DNA of 64,000 bases from Octopus vulgaris (GCA_951406725.2 OX597818.1:119164001-119228000), one strand, 5' to 3'. Counted from the stretch's first letter, positions 40,379-53,629 are shown. The notes: a model not told the origin generated them from the letters alone. Program-made: numbers and translations.

Positions 40379-40808
40379 TTTATATATATATATATTTAAA
40401 ATGAAACTGGATCTCTTCTTGTCAGGTATCCCAGATGAACCAACTTCACGGCAGGAGGTGCAGATGAGGGCAGCTGCATCGAACTCTCTCATGCACCAAA
40501 TGGCGGTGCCCCAGCATGGCCACAGCTCGTGAGCTGAAACTAGAATCAATCAATCAATCAATCAATATATATATATATATATGTAAGTATGTATGTATCC
40601 ATGTATTTGTGTGTCTGTATTTTCACTCCACCTTCACTTGACAAAAAATGTTGGTGTGTTTACTTCCCTGTAACTTAGCGGCTCGGCAAAAGAGACCGTT
40701 AAAATAAGCACCAGGCGTACAAAGAATAAGTTCTGGGGTTGATTAGTTCGACTTAAGCCAGTGCTCCAGCATGGCTGCAGTCAAGTGACTGAAACAAGTA
40801 AAAGAATA
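40305..40808 (+). mobile_element. SINE family A copy interrupted by a LINE 3' end
   Basis: GTAGACGGAAACTGAAAGAAGCCCG, (TA)n, insert, then the SINE 3' half. Confidence 0.8.
40394..40567 (+). mobile_element. CR1/L2-group LINE extreme 3' end with (ATCA)n tail
   Basis: FKMKLDLFLSGIPDEP...AASNSL resembles FKKSLDRFLQEIPDKP...NNNSL of ORF 55284; tail GGCGGTGCCCCAGCATGGCCACAG..CTGAAAC. Confidence 0.8.
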
Positions 40809-41922
40809 TTTGTCCATTCTATCATCCGATACGCTACTCATAGAATTTGATCTTGTATCAAGTGAAGTAAATATTTGTTCTATTGGCACAAGGCCACTGA
40901 GTGAAAAGTATTTCATTTAATCGAAGCCAATATATTCTTGGCATACATTTTATTTCTCTTGAGGGGATGCAAGTTGAAATATCTATCCTGGTAAAATGTT
41001 GACACTGGATGTGGAGTGAACAAGGTATTCAGTCCAGTGTCCTGCTGTTCGTGCCATTCAACTATCTTCCTAAACTTGACATAATAAAAGTTTTAAATAT
41101 GAAGAAACGATGCAATGAATCAGTGTCAAGATGTGTAGAACACGGAGTCGGTGAACTGTTAAATTTGCAACTTGGTTCGACTCGTATAAGTAGACGGTCA
41201 TTAACCGCGATTATTCGTGTCAGTATATATCTATGCGTGTGAATTTTTGTTTACGCATGATACGTATATATAAATATATATGTATATGTATATATGTATG
41301 TATGAGAAAAAGAGAGAGAGATAGAGAGAGGAGATATGTTACTGGGTTTACACGTATAGAAATATGTATGTGTATGATTTTACTATGAGTTTCCTTTAAT
41401 TTTTATTTTAGATAGTTCAAGCAGGTCGCCAAGAAAGTTATAAGACTCTTTGAGTTTAGAGATTTCCTCGTGTTTATAAATACATGGTTGAGTTGGGGTG
41501 CAGGTTGAACTAAAGATGTGTGTATGAAAGTATGTATGGATGTATGTATGTATGCATGTATGTTTTTTTATGAATATATGTATATATGTATGTATATGTG
41601 TATGTATTTATTTATGTATATATGTATGTATGTATGCATGTATGTATTCATATATTGAGCAAGGAAGCAGAGAGTTGCAGCTGGTCGAAAATGGCTACTA
41701 CATTGTTGTCACCACACAGCCGGATGTAGGTCTCAGCTAAATTAATCAACTGTAGTATTTAATTGATGTCTATTTTTCTCACAAGCATGTGTGAAAATAT
41801 AACTATCAACAGGCGATAAAATTATTGAGAAACTTATTTGAGATACGCCAGTGCTCCTTTAGTCTTAAGGTGGAAATACATTCACAATAATGGTGACTAT
41901 TTATATAATTTTCTTATATATA

Positions 41923-42087
41923 GGCGCAGACGTGGCTGTGTGGTAAGTAGCTTGCTTACGAACCACATGGTTCCGGGTTCAGTCCCACTGCGTGGCACCT
42001 TGGGCAAGTGTCTTCTACTATAGCCTCGGGCCGACCAAAGCCTTGTGAGTAGATATGGTAGACGGAAACTGTAAGAAGCCCTTCGTA

Positions 42088-42154
<67 letters not shown>

Positions 42155-42318
42155 GTGTGTATATTTTTGTAACCTAGCGGTTCGGCAAAAGTGACCAATA
42201 GAATAAGTACTAGGCTTACAAAGAATAAGTCCTAGGGTTGATTTGGTCGACTAAAGGTGGTGCTCCAGCATGGCCACTGTCAAATGACTGAAACAAGTAA
42301 GTAAAGAGTAAAGAGTAT
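41923..42318 (+). mobile_element. SINE family A, full length (internal deletion after the microsatellite)
   Basis: Homology to family A. Confidence 0.9.
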
Positions 42319-42914
42319 ACAAGTATTCATTTGAAATAGATATAATTACAAGACAGATGATATTCTGAAAATCTCTAAATTATCAAGTGCCGATTGTTTA
42401 TCCTACAAATAAAACTGCTGTGGCGTATCCTTTTACGTTGCGGTGATAATACCCGCCGTATGAAACATATGAGCTATATTAGAATTGTGACCTTCACCTT
42501 TCTTCAAAAGAAACAATAAAGACGCTGTTAAATTTAGTAAATGTATAACTAAGAAATCTGAGTTTATATTAATACAAAATAATATAAAGATAGATATTTA
42601 AACTAGCAGTTAGATTGGTTGTTTTCCAAGAAGAACGAATTTTATCACTAGGTGGTGTGTGTATGACAGTGTTTAGGTAAATGGTCTCTTTGCTATGGTG
42701 ACGAATTAAAGAGTGAAAATATTCTGAAACACTTTCATTGGTGGGGGAAACTGGTGTACGTTGAAAGTATTATTGAGACCTGGAATTAATTTAGAGATTG
42801 AAAGGACTGACTAAGGTCAAGATTATCGTGAGAGATGAAGCCACCTTTTCGATCGTATGTAATTTCGTACGTAGGCATTTTTCGAATAGCACAGAGTCCC
42901 CTTCTAAAAAGATA

Positions 42915-43325
42915 GCTTGGCAGAATCGTTATCACGCAGGGCGAAATACGTAGCCGTATTTCGTCTGCCGTTATGTTCTGAGTTCAAATTCCGCCGAGGT
43001 CGACTTTGCCTTTCATCCTTTCGGGGTCGATAAATTAAGTACCAGTTACGCACTGGGGTCGATGTAATCGACTTAATCCGTTTGTCTGTCCTTATTTGTC
43101 CCCTCTATGTTTAGCCCCTTGTAGGTAGTAAAGAAATAGGCATTTCGTCTGCCGCAACGTTCTGAGTTCAAATTCCGCCGAGTTCGACTTTGCCTTTCAT
43201 CCTTTCGGGGTCGATAAATTAAGTACCAGTTACGCACTAGGGTCGATGTAATCGACTTAATTCGTTTGTCTGTCCTTGTTTGTCCTCTCTGTGTTTAGCC
43301 CCTTGCGGGTAGTAAAGAAACAGAT
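42915..43325 (+). mobile_element. SINE family B dimer (184-bp unit)
   Basis: One head TGGCAGAATCGTT; TCGTCTGCCG at 42961 and 43145. Confidence 0.9.
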
Positions 43326-45414
43326 ATCAGTAGAGGGCAAAGTAAAGTTTTCGTCTGAGTATTCATTATATGTCATTAAAAATAACTGAATCAACATTCA
43401 ATAAGGTACTACTAATTAATTGTATACCTCTGGATTCTATTTCGTAGCATTTTAGGCAATAATAACCAATATTTCAAACATCACTATAAGAAAATGGAAG
43501 ATTTATAGGTTTTACATTACGCAGCAGTATACTTTGCACCTGGATAAAGTCCTTTATCGCGCGTACAATAAAGAAAAGTGTAATCTGCTTGAGAACAGTA
43601 CATTGGAGAACATACATTAGCGCTCACATTATCACATGCTGGACGATGTAGAAACTATATGAAGGAAGTTCAATCATTTAAAGTAATAGACTATTGCTCT
43701 TTTTCTTTTTATTTTGCATTTATGCAATTTATCACATATCATTTGGTTGCTTCCTTTAATGAAGATAATGTGTCTCCCATTATTGTGATATTGTTTATTA
43801 TGTACAGAACAGAACAATATTTTAATGAAAGTCTTTTTTATCAGAAAGATTCCAGAGACGTAGGCTGTAATATTTAATCAACCCAGGGATTGCTGCTGCC
43901 ACCTACAACTGCTTTTTTAGTAAAAGATGGAGAGAAAGAAAGCGTTTACTACGAAATAGAAAAGGGCGGAGATTCCCTTTAATGGGAGAGAATGGCTTCA
44001 GAGTTTATAATACTTTTCTGTAATTGTTATGGAGGTTTTCTAATGAGTGAAAGAGCATATGAAAAATTATTTGCACATAATATTTTTTTCTCTTTTAAAT
44101 GCCCTGGTAGTTGAAGGCAACGCCGTTTCACCCTTCTTATGGGCTCTTTAGTGCAACATAACAGGAGACCATGGAATTGATTTTTCTATATTCATTTAAA
44201 TCCTTTAAGAATTATATACGATCGATATTTTTTTCTTACTCTGTTAACACTGGAGAAAGGGAGAGAAGAAATAGAGGCAGAGAAATGAAAGCCTCACAGT
44301 AATTTAAAATGAAAATTAACGTTATACTGAAGTATGATATAAAATATTTTCTATTTTCTTTACTTTTAACAGTGGAGGATAGTTGAAGAGCGAAAGAGAT
44401 TTAGTGATAGAAAGAAGGATAATCTTTTACGTGTTAAGGTTTTCATTCTGGAAGTTTTAGAAATGTTATTTCTCCCTTTTCTTCCTTTCCTCAAGTACTT
44501 AATCGCCTTATTTTATAGTTCTCCACAAACTACATACAGGCCACTCATTGTGTCTTTCGGATGCGATTGTTGGATCACTGGTCGTATTTCCATGCTACTT
44601 ATGACGTCGGGATGACTTGGGATTGATTTCCAATATATTTCATCTCGCTATGACACCATGGCATCAGTTTTGTGAGTAGCATTTAAAAAAAGGTTAGGGG
44701 AAAGCATATTACTGGTGTTAAGAATTATTGTGAGCGTTACAAAACAACAAGCGAAAACATGTTTTTCATACGACAAACTTATATTAACGTATATTGCAAG
44801 TAATAAAACACTTATGAATTTGTGACGTGTTAAAATGTGCAATAATTCAATCGAAACATGTTTAAGTAGTGTTAGTGTAATTCTGTCATTCTGTTCGACA
44901 ATTTGATTTGTCATTCGTAGAAATCCTACCACGGCTTTTGTTAGTTGTATAATAATAAACCTATCGTAAGACTTGAAAAGCTATATAAGGATGTCGTTAA
45001 ATTCAGTGCTAACTGATAATAGACATGAATCAAAGCTCTCTGAATAAATTATGAATTCTGAGATATAGTAAAAATAGGAAGTGTCTCATAATCGAATAAT
45101 TTTAACACGCCAGCCATAAGTACTAAACGAAGAAGAGTTTATTTGCTACCAGCAGGTGAGAAATGAATGACAGGATATCATTTGTGATATTCGTAGTTTT
45201 CGGAGCTGTCAAGTGTGATTGAAACGATTCCACGATGCCTTATTTGATTAGGGAATTTATCTCATGTCTGAGGAGTTTATAGTGGCTCACACAACATCTT
45301 CGGTTTTGAAGTAGCAACATGGTTGACATGCAGAATAAAATTTGTGATGAGTCTTATTGGTTGAATTTTCAAGGACACCAATTTCCCAGAACAACAGGGA
45401 ATTGACTATCAATA

Positions 45415-45645
45415 TATATATCTTTACAGCCCACAAGGGGCTAAACATAGAGGGGACAAAAAAGAACAGACAAACGGATTAAGTCGATTACATCGATCCC
45501 AGTGCGTAACTGGTACTTAATTTATCGACCCCGAAAGGATGAAAGACAAAGTCGACCTCGGCGGAATTTGAACTCAGAACGTAACGACATACGAAATATG
45601 GCTAAGCATTTCGCCCGGCGTGCTAACGTTTCTGCCAGCTCGCCT
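45415..45645 (-). mobile_element. SINE family B monomer with 14-bp TSD
   Basis: ATTGACTATCAATA at 45401-45414 and 45646-45659; head GGCGAGCTGGCAGAAACGTT, B-box GAGTTCAAATTCC. Confidence 0.92.
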
Positions 45646-46349
45646 ATTGACTATCAATACACTTAAATTCAAATGAAGAATGCTAGGGAATAAAATTCTG
45701 CTGAGGTATTAAATCTGAGCAGAGACTATAAATAAGCATTAACATTTCCAGTTTTTTATACTTACCCACCATATTGATGTCAACTTCACAGATAATTCTA
45801 ATTTGAGAACTAATTTGTGCTGATGTAATCAAAACGTTACTTCTAAATAGTTTAAGGACTAAGCTATTTTTCTTGTAAGATCAGCTCAGATAAAAATAAA
45901 CTTGTTTCTGAAACATCGTTAATAGAAATAGTAACGGGTGCATACGACGAACGATTTTACAATAAAACAGAAAGGATAACTGCATATAAGACTGCGTTAT
46001 TGGCCGATATCTGGCCTTCACTTCACACATACCCGATTACATGAAATCATTTACCGCATGTGTATATTCTCACACAACATATGCTTCTTTATCTATAAAT
46101 CAATTTTGTTTATGCAGAACATATTACATCCTACTTGTACACCGGGTGAAGCAATCGATCAATGGTATTACGTGAATGCTAAAGATATAAATGCGTTCAA
46201 AATGAGAGGCAGTTTTATCTATACAACCGTTTACTTACTAATGAGCTTTAAATTACAATGGAAACATGACAATGAATCTAAAATGCATTTTACATGGGTG
46301 TTAGCGTGGTAATATGTATTATATATATATATGCGCCACCTGGGTAAGC

Positions 46350-46543
46350 ACAGAGAGGACAAACAAGGAAAGACAAACGGATTAAGTCGATTACGTCGAC
46401 CCAGTGCGTAACTGGTACTTATTTAATCGACCCCGACAGGATAAAAGGCAAAGTCGACCTCGGCGGCATTTGAACTCAGAACGTAACGGTAGACGAAATA
46501 CTACTACGCATTTCGCACGTGCTAACGTTTCTGGCAGCTCGCA
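46350..46543 (-). mobile_element. SINE family B monomer
   Basis: Homology to 45415-45645. Confidence 0.85.
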
Positions 46544-46981
46544 ATCATAAGTCGAAATATTAAAATGAACATATATGTGTATGTGAGCGAGTTGGTGATT
46601 TTATAAATATTTTTCATGAAAAACTTTACATACATCAATTTACATACATCGACCGTAATACCATTAATTGCAAATCCTTCTAAGTAAAATTATGATTAAT
46701 GTGTTTCAGTACGTAACCGAATATCATATTATTAACATCTAACAGACAGATGCGTATCCATATTTCACTGGGTAATTGTATCATATGTATAATTGTATAC
46801 AAAACGATTATGTGTATATATGTGTGTGTGCGTATGTTTGTGTGTGACAGTGTGCGTATATGTGTGTGTGTATGTTTGAAGATGTACATATAATCCAATA
46901 TATAAATATATACACAGAAACACATACACACATATATATTTGTGTTTATGCGTATGAGTGTGCTTCTGTGTGTGTTGTGTT

Positions 46982-47021
<40 letters not shown>

Positions 47022-47026
47022 CGTGC

Positions 47027-47119
<93 letters not shown>

Positions 47120-47745
47120 TGTGTGTATTTATGTACTGAATATGTATTTCAGCTGGAACAAATGAAATTGCTACATAAAATAGATATTGGTAACATCAAG
47201 TTTGAAATTTGAATATTTTAATTGATTTAATAGATACTTCGCAGAAGCTACTTTCCATGATTTTGGTCTCTCCGAAACAATACATGAGTTGGAAAATATA
47301 TTACAATGAAGCCAAAAAGGGTAAAAGTAAGCGACGATGACCGGGCAGTTGATGCGAGGGCTTAATCAAGCATCTATTAAGAGGTTGAAGGGAAGGAAGA
47401 GATTGTGTTGTTGGGGTAGATCACATTAAGGCAATAGACATTCAGTGGAACAACCAAATATTCATAGACCCACTGGCCCTTTTGATACGGGTCCACTCGC
47501 TAAATCCAAAGCCACCTGGTGGCTTTCCCTACAGCTTCAGTGATGGAATTTATAGGCGTTCTCTTTGCTGCACCAGTAACTCGAAGTCAGAGCTTTAAGA
47601 CGAACCTCTTCTCACTCAAATTCTAATGTTTGCATTCAAACAAATGCTGTCATAAGTGTTCTCAGTTGTCTCGAAAGAACATAAATGTGATTCCATAGAC
47701 TTGGGTGTTATAGAATATTGAATAAACTTCTCTCGAAGCCAAATA

Positions 47746-48287
47746 TTGGGTTGTCCGGAAAGGTTCGTGCCGATTTATAGTAGCTTACCCTGCGTCCATA
47801 AAATAGGATTTGACTACACCTCCATTTAGAGCACAGTTTAAGCTATTTTTTCGTCGAAGGTTTATGTTCCTATAACCTGTGTTAATTCTGTAACCCTTTA
47901 AAATGGAAGGTACGAAAGTTCATTTTCGGCACTGGATGCTTTGGGAACCAGACAAAAATTGCTGCAGCTCGGCTGGGATGTGTTACCCCACCCTCCATAT
48001 TCACCAGATATTGCTCCTTCGGATTTCCTCTTATTCAGGTCTCTGCAGAATAGTTTTAATGGTAAAAAATTCAATTCCTTGGATGGCGTATAAAAGATAC
48101 CTTGATGAATTATTTGCCATGAAACCACCTCAATTCTGGAAAGAGGATATTTTCAAGTTAAAAGAAAGATGGAGACGCATTGTGCAACAAAATGGTTCAT
48201 ATTTTATTAATTAAAAATGTAATGGCAAGTATTTATTGACCTTTTTCTTTCCTTTAAAAATCGGCACGAACTTTCCGGACAACCCAA
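47746..48287 (+). mobile_element. Internally deleted mariner (542 bp) with intact TIRs and TA TSD
   Basis: TIR TTGGGTTGTCCGGAAAGGTTCGTGCCGATTT / AAATCGGCACGAACTTTCCGGACAACCCAA; HPPYSPDIAPSDFLLF motif; C-terminal ERWRRIVQQNGSYF. Confidence 0.92.
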
Positions 48288-49239
48288 TACATAACTCAGT
48301 GCTAGTACATTGACAGATATTTCTCTGATAAAGGAAGATTAAAGTTCGATATTTCACCTCCAGATTCTTCTCAATATATTCCCGTCCTACGCTTATACGT
48401 TTTTCCTGAATAGTTTGATTTATGAAACATTTATTATTTATATATTATACATTTTTATGCTCCTTCTTTTGCTAACTTATGTCTTCCCCTGTTTCCCCTC
48501 AATGCATGTGTTCTCAGGTACCCTAACAGTAATTAATTATAATTTCCGTTGAATAATTAACTATTCAATGAGGATATTTTTAATTTTCCTATTATTCCAT
48601 TTACCGTGGTTGAAATATTATTATTATAGCTAATCGGTGAATACAAAACGTTTTTCTGTGGTATCGTAGTCCTCGCCACATTATACTATGGATTGTAAAA
48701 CCATAAAGCAATCTAAAGATCACATATGTATTCTTATCTTGAAAGGAGCAAGTATTTCCACACCCTAATTAATGCTTGTAAATTCGCAAGATCTACAAAT
48801 ATTGTTCGCCAGGAAATTGAATAAAATCTATCTCTAAAGTTTTGGAAAATTATTAAGACATTTTAAATAAATAAGCAATCGAATGTCAATTTCACCTAAG
48901 TTTTAGTGTTTCGAGAAAAATAAGAGATACATCGGTCTATTTCTGCCATTTATTACCCATTCGAAATTTATGTCCATTGTGCGAGGATTATAACGAGAGA
49001 ATTGTTGTTTATTACTAAATAGTTTAAAACCAGAGGGTATTGACCAGAAGAACATATATTGAAGCCATATTTTAAAAGTAAATTTTATCTTTTTATGATT
49101 AACTTTTCAATACTTTTATTGATATGATTCCAAATGTCTGTTTTGTCAGTATTAAAATGATACATATTAAAGCATACATTGAGTATATAATTAACAGAAG
49201 AACCATAGTAGTATTAGAACATTTATTGAGATAAGGAAT

Positions 49240-50160
49240 TATTTTTCCACATGAGCTCCATTTCGACGGATAACCTAAAAAACCCTATTAGTCATGAAGT
49301 CTGTAAATTTCTTAATAGCAACAGATTGGACTGTCTCTGTTGCAGCTTTCGTGGTCGCTCATAAGACGCCTTCAGCGTAAATTGACGTCCATCGGCATAA
49401 ACAACTTGTTTAATGGTTGACCAAAGATTCTCGACTGGGGTGCTATCCGGAGATGCTAGCGGAGATTCTAGGGTTGAGATCCGGAGATGCTGTCATCATC
49501 CTTTCACCTTGTATGTCATAATTACCTAGGAAAGTTTGGGTGGTCCTAGAAGAGTGCGAAAGAACATTGCCATGCATGAATACGAGAGTCCTTAGATAAC
49601 AGCTGTATATTATCTAGCCAGGGATACAAGACCTCCTTCAGGAGATTGCAGTAGGTGGCTGCGGTCACTTTAACGTCATCAAGCGCCCTCACCGGACCGC
49701 TAAGTCTGTTCCAAATGATACCAGCCGAAAAATCTCTTAATGACGCTCTTGATGACGTCGTAAACGTTTATGACGCTCATCTCCGAAATAGACCTAAATA
49801 TTTGCCCAATCTGCAGGTTCGTCAAAGGTCACCCTGGTTTCGTCAATGAACGAAAAAAAGCTCAGGTTTAACGTCATGTAATTTTAGGCACATTGTAGCC
49901 TCAAACTCCAGAAGAGGCAATCTCAGGGGGTTCTTGCACGGAAGCCATGGCCCCGAGGATGTGATTTCTGGTGGTTTTCGGTACATAAGGAAGTCTGGAG
50001 GCGGTGACATGTGTGTCTGAGTTTCCTACTAAATTTACGGCCAATAATTTTTTAATCCCTAGCTGTCACAGTCTTGGGGTCCCACAGTCGGACCTTTTCG
50101 TCCTTGACGCTCGGGTGGCAAAATAATTCACTATGTCAGTAAATGTCATAATATTATTAT
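49240..50160 (-). pseudogene. Degenerate Tc1-family transposase (TRT/DD37E-like)
   Basis: Minus strand FIDETRVTFDEPADWA, AGIIWNRLSGPVR..DVKVTAATYCNLLKEVLYPW, FMHGNVLSHSS, SPDLNP..ENLWS; many frameshifts; TIRs not identified. Confidence 0.8.
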
Positions 50161-50450
50161 GGCTTTCTGTTAAATATATACTCAATGTATGCATAATGTG
50201 TATCATTAACCTTAATTTTCTGCAAAGAGGATGTCTGGATGGGCTATATTCATTCAAAAGCTATTAGCGTGGTTGATCCCAAAACTGAAGAATCTGAAAG
50301 AAAACAGAATGGACGTTACACAGAATAACGAAAACATAACAAAGGTATTGCCATAGTGTGTAAAGCCGCTAGGAAAATTTTTATCAAAATCGATTCACAG
50401 AAAACTGGGAAATTGTAAATTTCACTCCTCAGTTATGAGCCTGGTTCTGG

Positions 50451-50484
<34 letters not shown>

Positions 50485-50488
<4 letters not shown>

Positions 50489-50690
50489 TTACTTGTTTCA
50501 GTCATTGGAATGCGGCCCTGCTGGAGCACCGCCATAAGTCGAACAAATCGACCCCAATACTTATTTTTTGTAATCCTAGTATTTATTCTACCGGTTTCTT
50601 TTGGCGAACCGCTAGGTTACGGTGACTTAAACACGCCAACATAGATTGTGAAACGATGAAGGGGGAACAAACACACACACAACACAACCC
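50485..50690 (-). mobile_element. SINE family A 3' half
   Basis: TTTTACTTGTTTCAGTCATT...CCGCTAGGTTACGG. Confidence 0.8.
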
Positions 50691-50694
50691 CCTC

Positions 50695-50739
<45 letters not shown>

Positions 50740-50846
50740 ATATGAGGGAATATTTTTCCAAACTTATTACAGAGAAAAATTCAACTTAGAAATACTAAAA
50801 CAAATTTCACAAACTATGATATATATATATATATATATATATATAT

Positions 50847-51330
50847 CAACAATTGATATTATAATTCATTTCTCTCTGTCATACTGCCTCGGCTCTCGCG
50901 GTTAAAATATAATGTTTGCTAGATAGACCACGTGGGTGGCAAAGGAGTGCAGAAATTTACGCCTGCGCATTTTGAATTTGTTAGCACTGTCAGTCGGAGC
51001 TGGTTCATTTGAAGCGACAAGTTCGCAGATAGGTAAGGTTCCTTCTTTTTAGTGTTTCCAAATCCAAATTAAGAAATTTTGAGCTGACGAAAGAAATGCT
51101 GATTTTACTTGGCTAATCTTGAAACGTTAACGTACTCAAACGATCTATGTACTTGTGATATTTTTCTGTATTTATCTCCAAACCTTCGTGAGCTGTCTGG
51201 AGTAAACATTATCTGAGAGAAATTTTCTTTAAGTAGTAAAAACGGCTAAAAAAATTTTTTTTTGGCTGCTATTTCTACTAAGTTCAGTATGTGGCAAAGT
51301 AATTTATTTTATTTTACTAAGCCCTAATTA
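50847..51330 (+). mobile_element. Solo PLE pseudo-LTR-like element in (TA)n
   Basis: Contains donor-like AG|GTAAGG (51033), a canonical HHR, and a TTTGGCTGCTATTTCTA motif shared with 59523. Confidence 0.6.
51078..51140 (+). ncRNA. Canonical type I hammerhead ribozyme
   Basis: TTTGAG-CTGACGA-AAGA...TCTT-GAAA-CGTTAACG-TA-CTCAAA: 6-bp stem I, 4-bp stem II, palindromic stem III, GUA site. Confidence 0.85.
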
Positions 51331-51337
51331 TATAATG

Positions 51338-51393
<56 letters not shown>

Positions 51394-51590
51394 AATTAGA
51401 AATAAAAACACCTTTTATCAATTCAATAATGAAAAATAAAATTATACCATTTAGAAAAATTACATATTATAGAAAGATTAAATATAAGATAAAACATATA
51501 ACAATGATTAAGAAATATTCAAAATAATAAATAACATAACATGTTATACTACCAAATATATACGTTTTAATTATTATTTATTCCCTCAAA

Positions 51591-51655
<65 letters not shown>

Positions 51656-51733
51656 GTTTAAATATTTGTTGTGCAAATATAAAATGGCTGACGGTTAGTA
51701 AGGAGAGACACAAGTAAGTGAGAAGAAAACAAA

Positions 51734-51778
51734 GGACCACTGATGCGGTCACAGGAGTGTGACGAAAGAACTTTGGCC
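51734..51778 (+). ncRNA. HHR-like variant (CTGATGC core)
   Basis: GGACCA-CTGATGC-G-GTCAC-AGGAGT-GTGAC-GAAA-GAAC-TT-TGGCC. Confidence 0.45.
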
Positions 51779-51956
51779 GAAATAAGATTAAGATTAATGT
51801 AAAAAATAAATATCACTGAAGCAAAATAACACCAAATATATAGTGCGTGTGTTTTTATTGGCTAAACTGGCAATATGACCATTCCGAAATATATATATCA
51901 CCCTACGTGGATACCCCCTCACCACTATCCACACCGCCCTTGCCAGAGCACGGTCC

Positions 51957-52955
51957 GTGGACCGTGTATCTGCTCTCTCTCCCCGAACCCGCCCTGTAGT
52001 CTCCCGCCTCCCTTTTCCCCTCACTTACCACCCCACGACCCTACGTCTCCAACGCACCATTCTTCGAGCTTTCCGTCATCTCCAGTCCGACCCGTCCACT
52101 TCACACCTCTTCCCTAACCGACCCCTCCCCTCTTTCAAACGAGCCCACAACCTTCGAGACCTTTTGGTCCATAGCTCCTTCCCTGACCCTACCTCCCAAC
52201 CCGGCTCGTTCCCCTGCTCCCGCCCACGTTGCCGCACTTGCCCTTACCTCTCCAACACCACCCGCCTCACTAGCACCCACCATCGACCCTATCCCATCAT
52301 CCACTCCTTCACCTGCACCTCCAGCAATATTATCTATTGCATCTCTTGCTCTCTCTGCAATTCCTTGTACATCGGACAAACGGGACGCCGCTTGGCTGAC
52401 CGGTTCGCGGAACACCTTCGTGACATCCACCTTGCGAACGACACACCGGTCTCACGCCATTTCCGCTCCACCGGTCACTCCTTGCAACACCTATCTGTGT
52501 TCGGTTTGTCCTTACACAGAGGCCATCCGGATTCCCGTTTGCGCCGTGAACAGGAATTAATCTTCTCTCTTCGCTCTTATACGCCATTTGGTCTCAACTC
52601 TCCCCCCTCCTCATCTAACCCCCCTCTCCCCCCTCCTCACCTATCCTTTCTCCCCCCGACCCCTACTTCTTCAGTCCTTCATCCTTTCACCCCTACTCCC
52701 CTTCCCTTCTTCCCTCTTTCTCCCTCCCTCTTCCCCTTCCCTCTGCTCCCTCACTCCCTCTCTCCCCTTCTCTCTCCCCCTCTCCCCTCCTTCATCCCCC
52801 TCATCTCCTTCCTTCTCCCCCATCCTCTCCTCTCCCCCTTCTCCTCCCCCTCCTCTTCCCCTCCCATTATCTCCCCCTCTTCTCCCCCTCCCCCTCTTCT
52901 CCTCACTACACCACATGACTTTACACATCACATCACATATGATGTGCCATACTAA
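51957..52955 (+). CDS. PLE GIY-YIG endonuclease domain (truncated; the C-terminal Pro/Ser/Leu tail is low-complexity read-through)
   Basis: LTYHP, SFKRAHNLRDLLVHS, C..C..C, CTSSNIIYCISC..C..LYIGQTGRRL..RF.EH, VSRHF, REQELI...PFGLN. Confidence 0.9.
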   Translation: MDRVSALSPRTRPVVSRLPFPLTYHPTTLRLQRTILRAFRHLQSDPSTSHLFPNRPLPSFKRAHNLRDLLVHSSFPDPTSQPGSFPCSRPRCRTCPYLSNTTRLTSTHHRPYPIIHSFTCTSSNIIYCISCSLCNSLYIGQTGRRLADRFAEHLRDIHLANDTPVSRHFRSTGHSLQHLSVFGLSLHRGHPDSRLRREQELIFSLRSYTPFGLNSPPSSSNPPLPPPHLSFLPPTPTSSVLHPFTPTPLPFFPLSPSLFPFPLLPHSLSPLLSPPLPSFIPLISFLLPHPLLSPFSSPSSSPPIISPSSPPPPLLLTTPHDFTHHITYDVPY

Positions 52956-53448
52956 TACACACACCAACTAATACATACTAATACGTACTAATACATACTA
53001 GTACATACTAATACTTACACCAACCCTATACATACACACGTCCAGACCTCTCATACGCACTTATACTCTCTCTCACACACACACACACACCTATACATAC
53101 CAATACGTACTAATACATACTAATACATACTAATACATACACCAACCCCATACATACGCACGTCCAGACCAATCTTACGCACTAATACTCTCTCATACAC
53201 ACACACACACACCCTTATACATACTAATACATACACCAACCCTATACATACACACATCCAGACCCCTCCCACGCACTTTTAGCTGGTCCCTCAACCCATT
53301 TATCAACCCTATTATCTCCCCTTATTTCGCTCTCGCGTCTCATGTTTGATCTTTGACCTCTGGCCGAAATCAGATCGCCATGTTGATTCGTTAGCTACTG
53401 CACGCATTTTTTTCTCTCCTTCTTTCTGTGTTTTTCTCTCTCTGTGTA

Positions 53449-53486
53449 TCTTTCTGTTGAAGAGCGTAGGCTCGAAACGTTAAAGA
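53449..53486 (+). ncRNA. Minimal HHR variant (CTGTTGA core)
   Basis: TCTTT-CTGTTGA-A-GAGC-GTAG-GCTC-GAAACGTT-AAAGA. Confidence 0.65.
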
Positions 53487-53584
53487 CTTGTTTTATTTAT
53501 ATTTCCTGAGCGCCATACTAATACAATTGTTCGTTTGTTTTCCACCTGCCTTCGTCTTTTGTTTATTTTCATAAAGCTTCCCGT

Positions 53585-53629
<45 letters not shown>

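Larger units (their letters stand above)
51898..53590 (+). mobile_element. 5'-truncated Penelope-like element (Neptune-like) with C/T-rich 3' UTR, minisatellite and HHR pseudo-LTR
   Basis: GIY-YIG ORF, pyrimidine tract 52600-52900, tandem repeats 52950-53270, HHR 53449-53486, (TA)n at both ends. Confidence 0.88.

Noticed and set aside
44540-44677. Possible exon (HSLCLSDAIVGSLVVFP, GPCR TM2-like; ACCATGG and GTGAGT donor)
   Set aside because: All three frames contain a stop between the candidate acceptor and donor, and no other exons were found; likely chance
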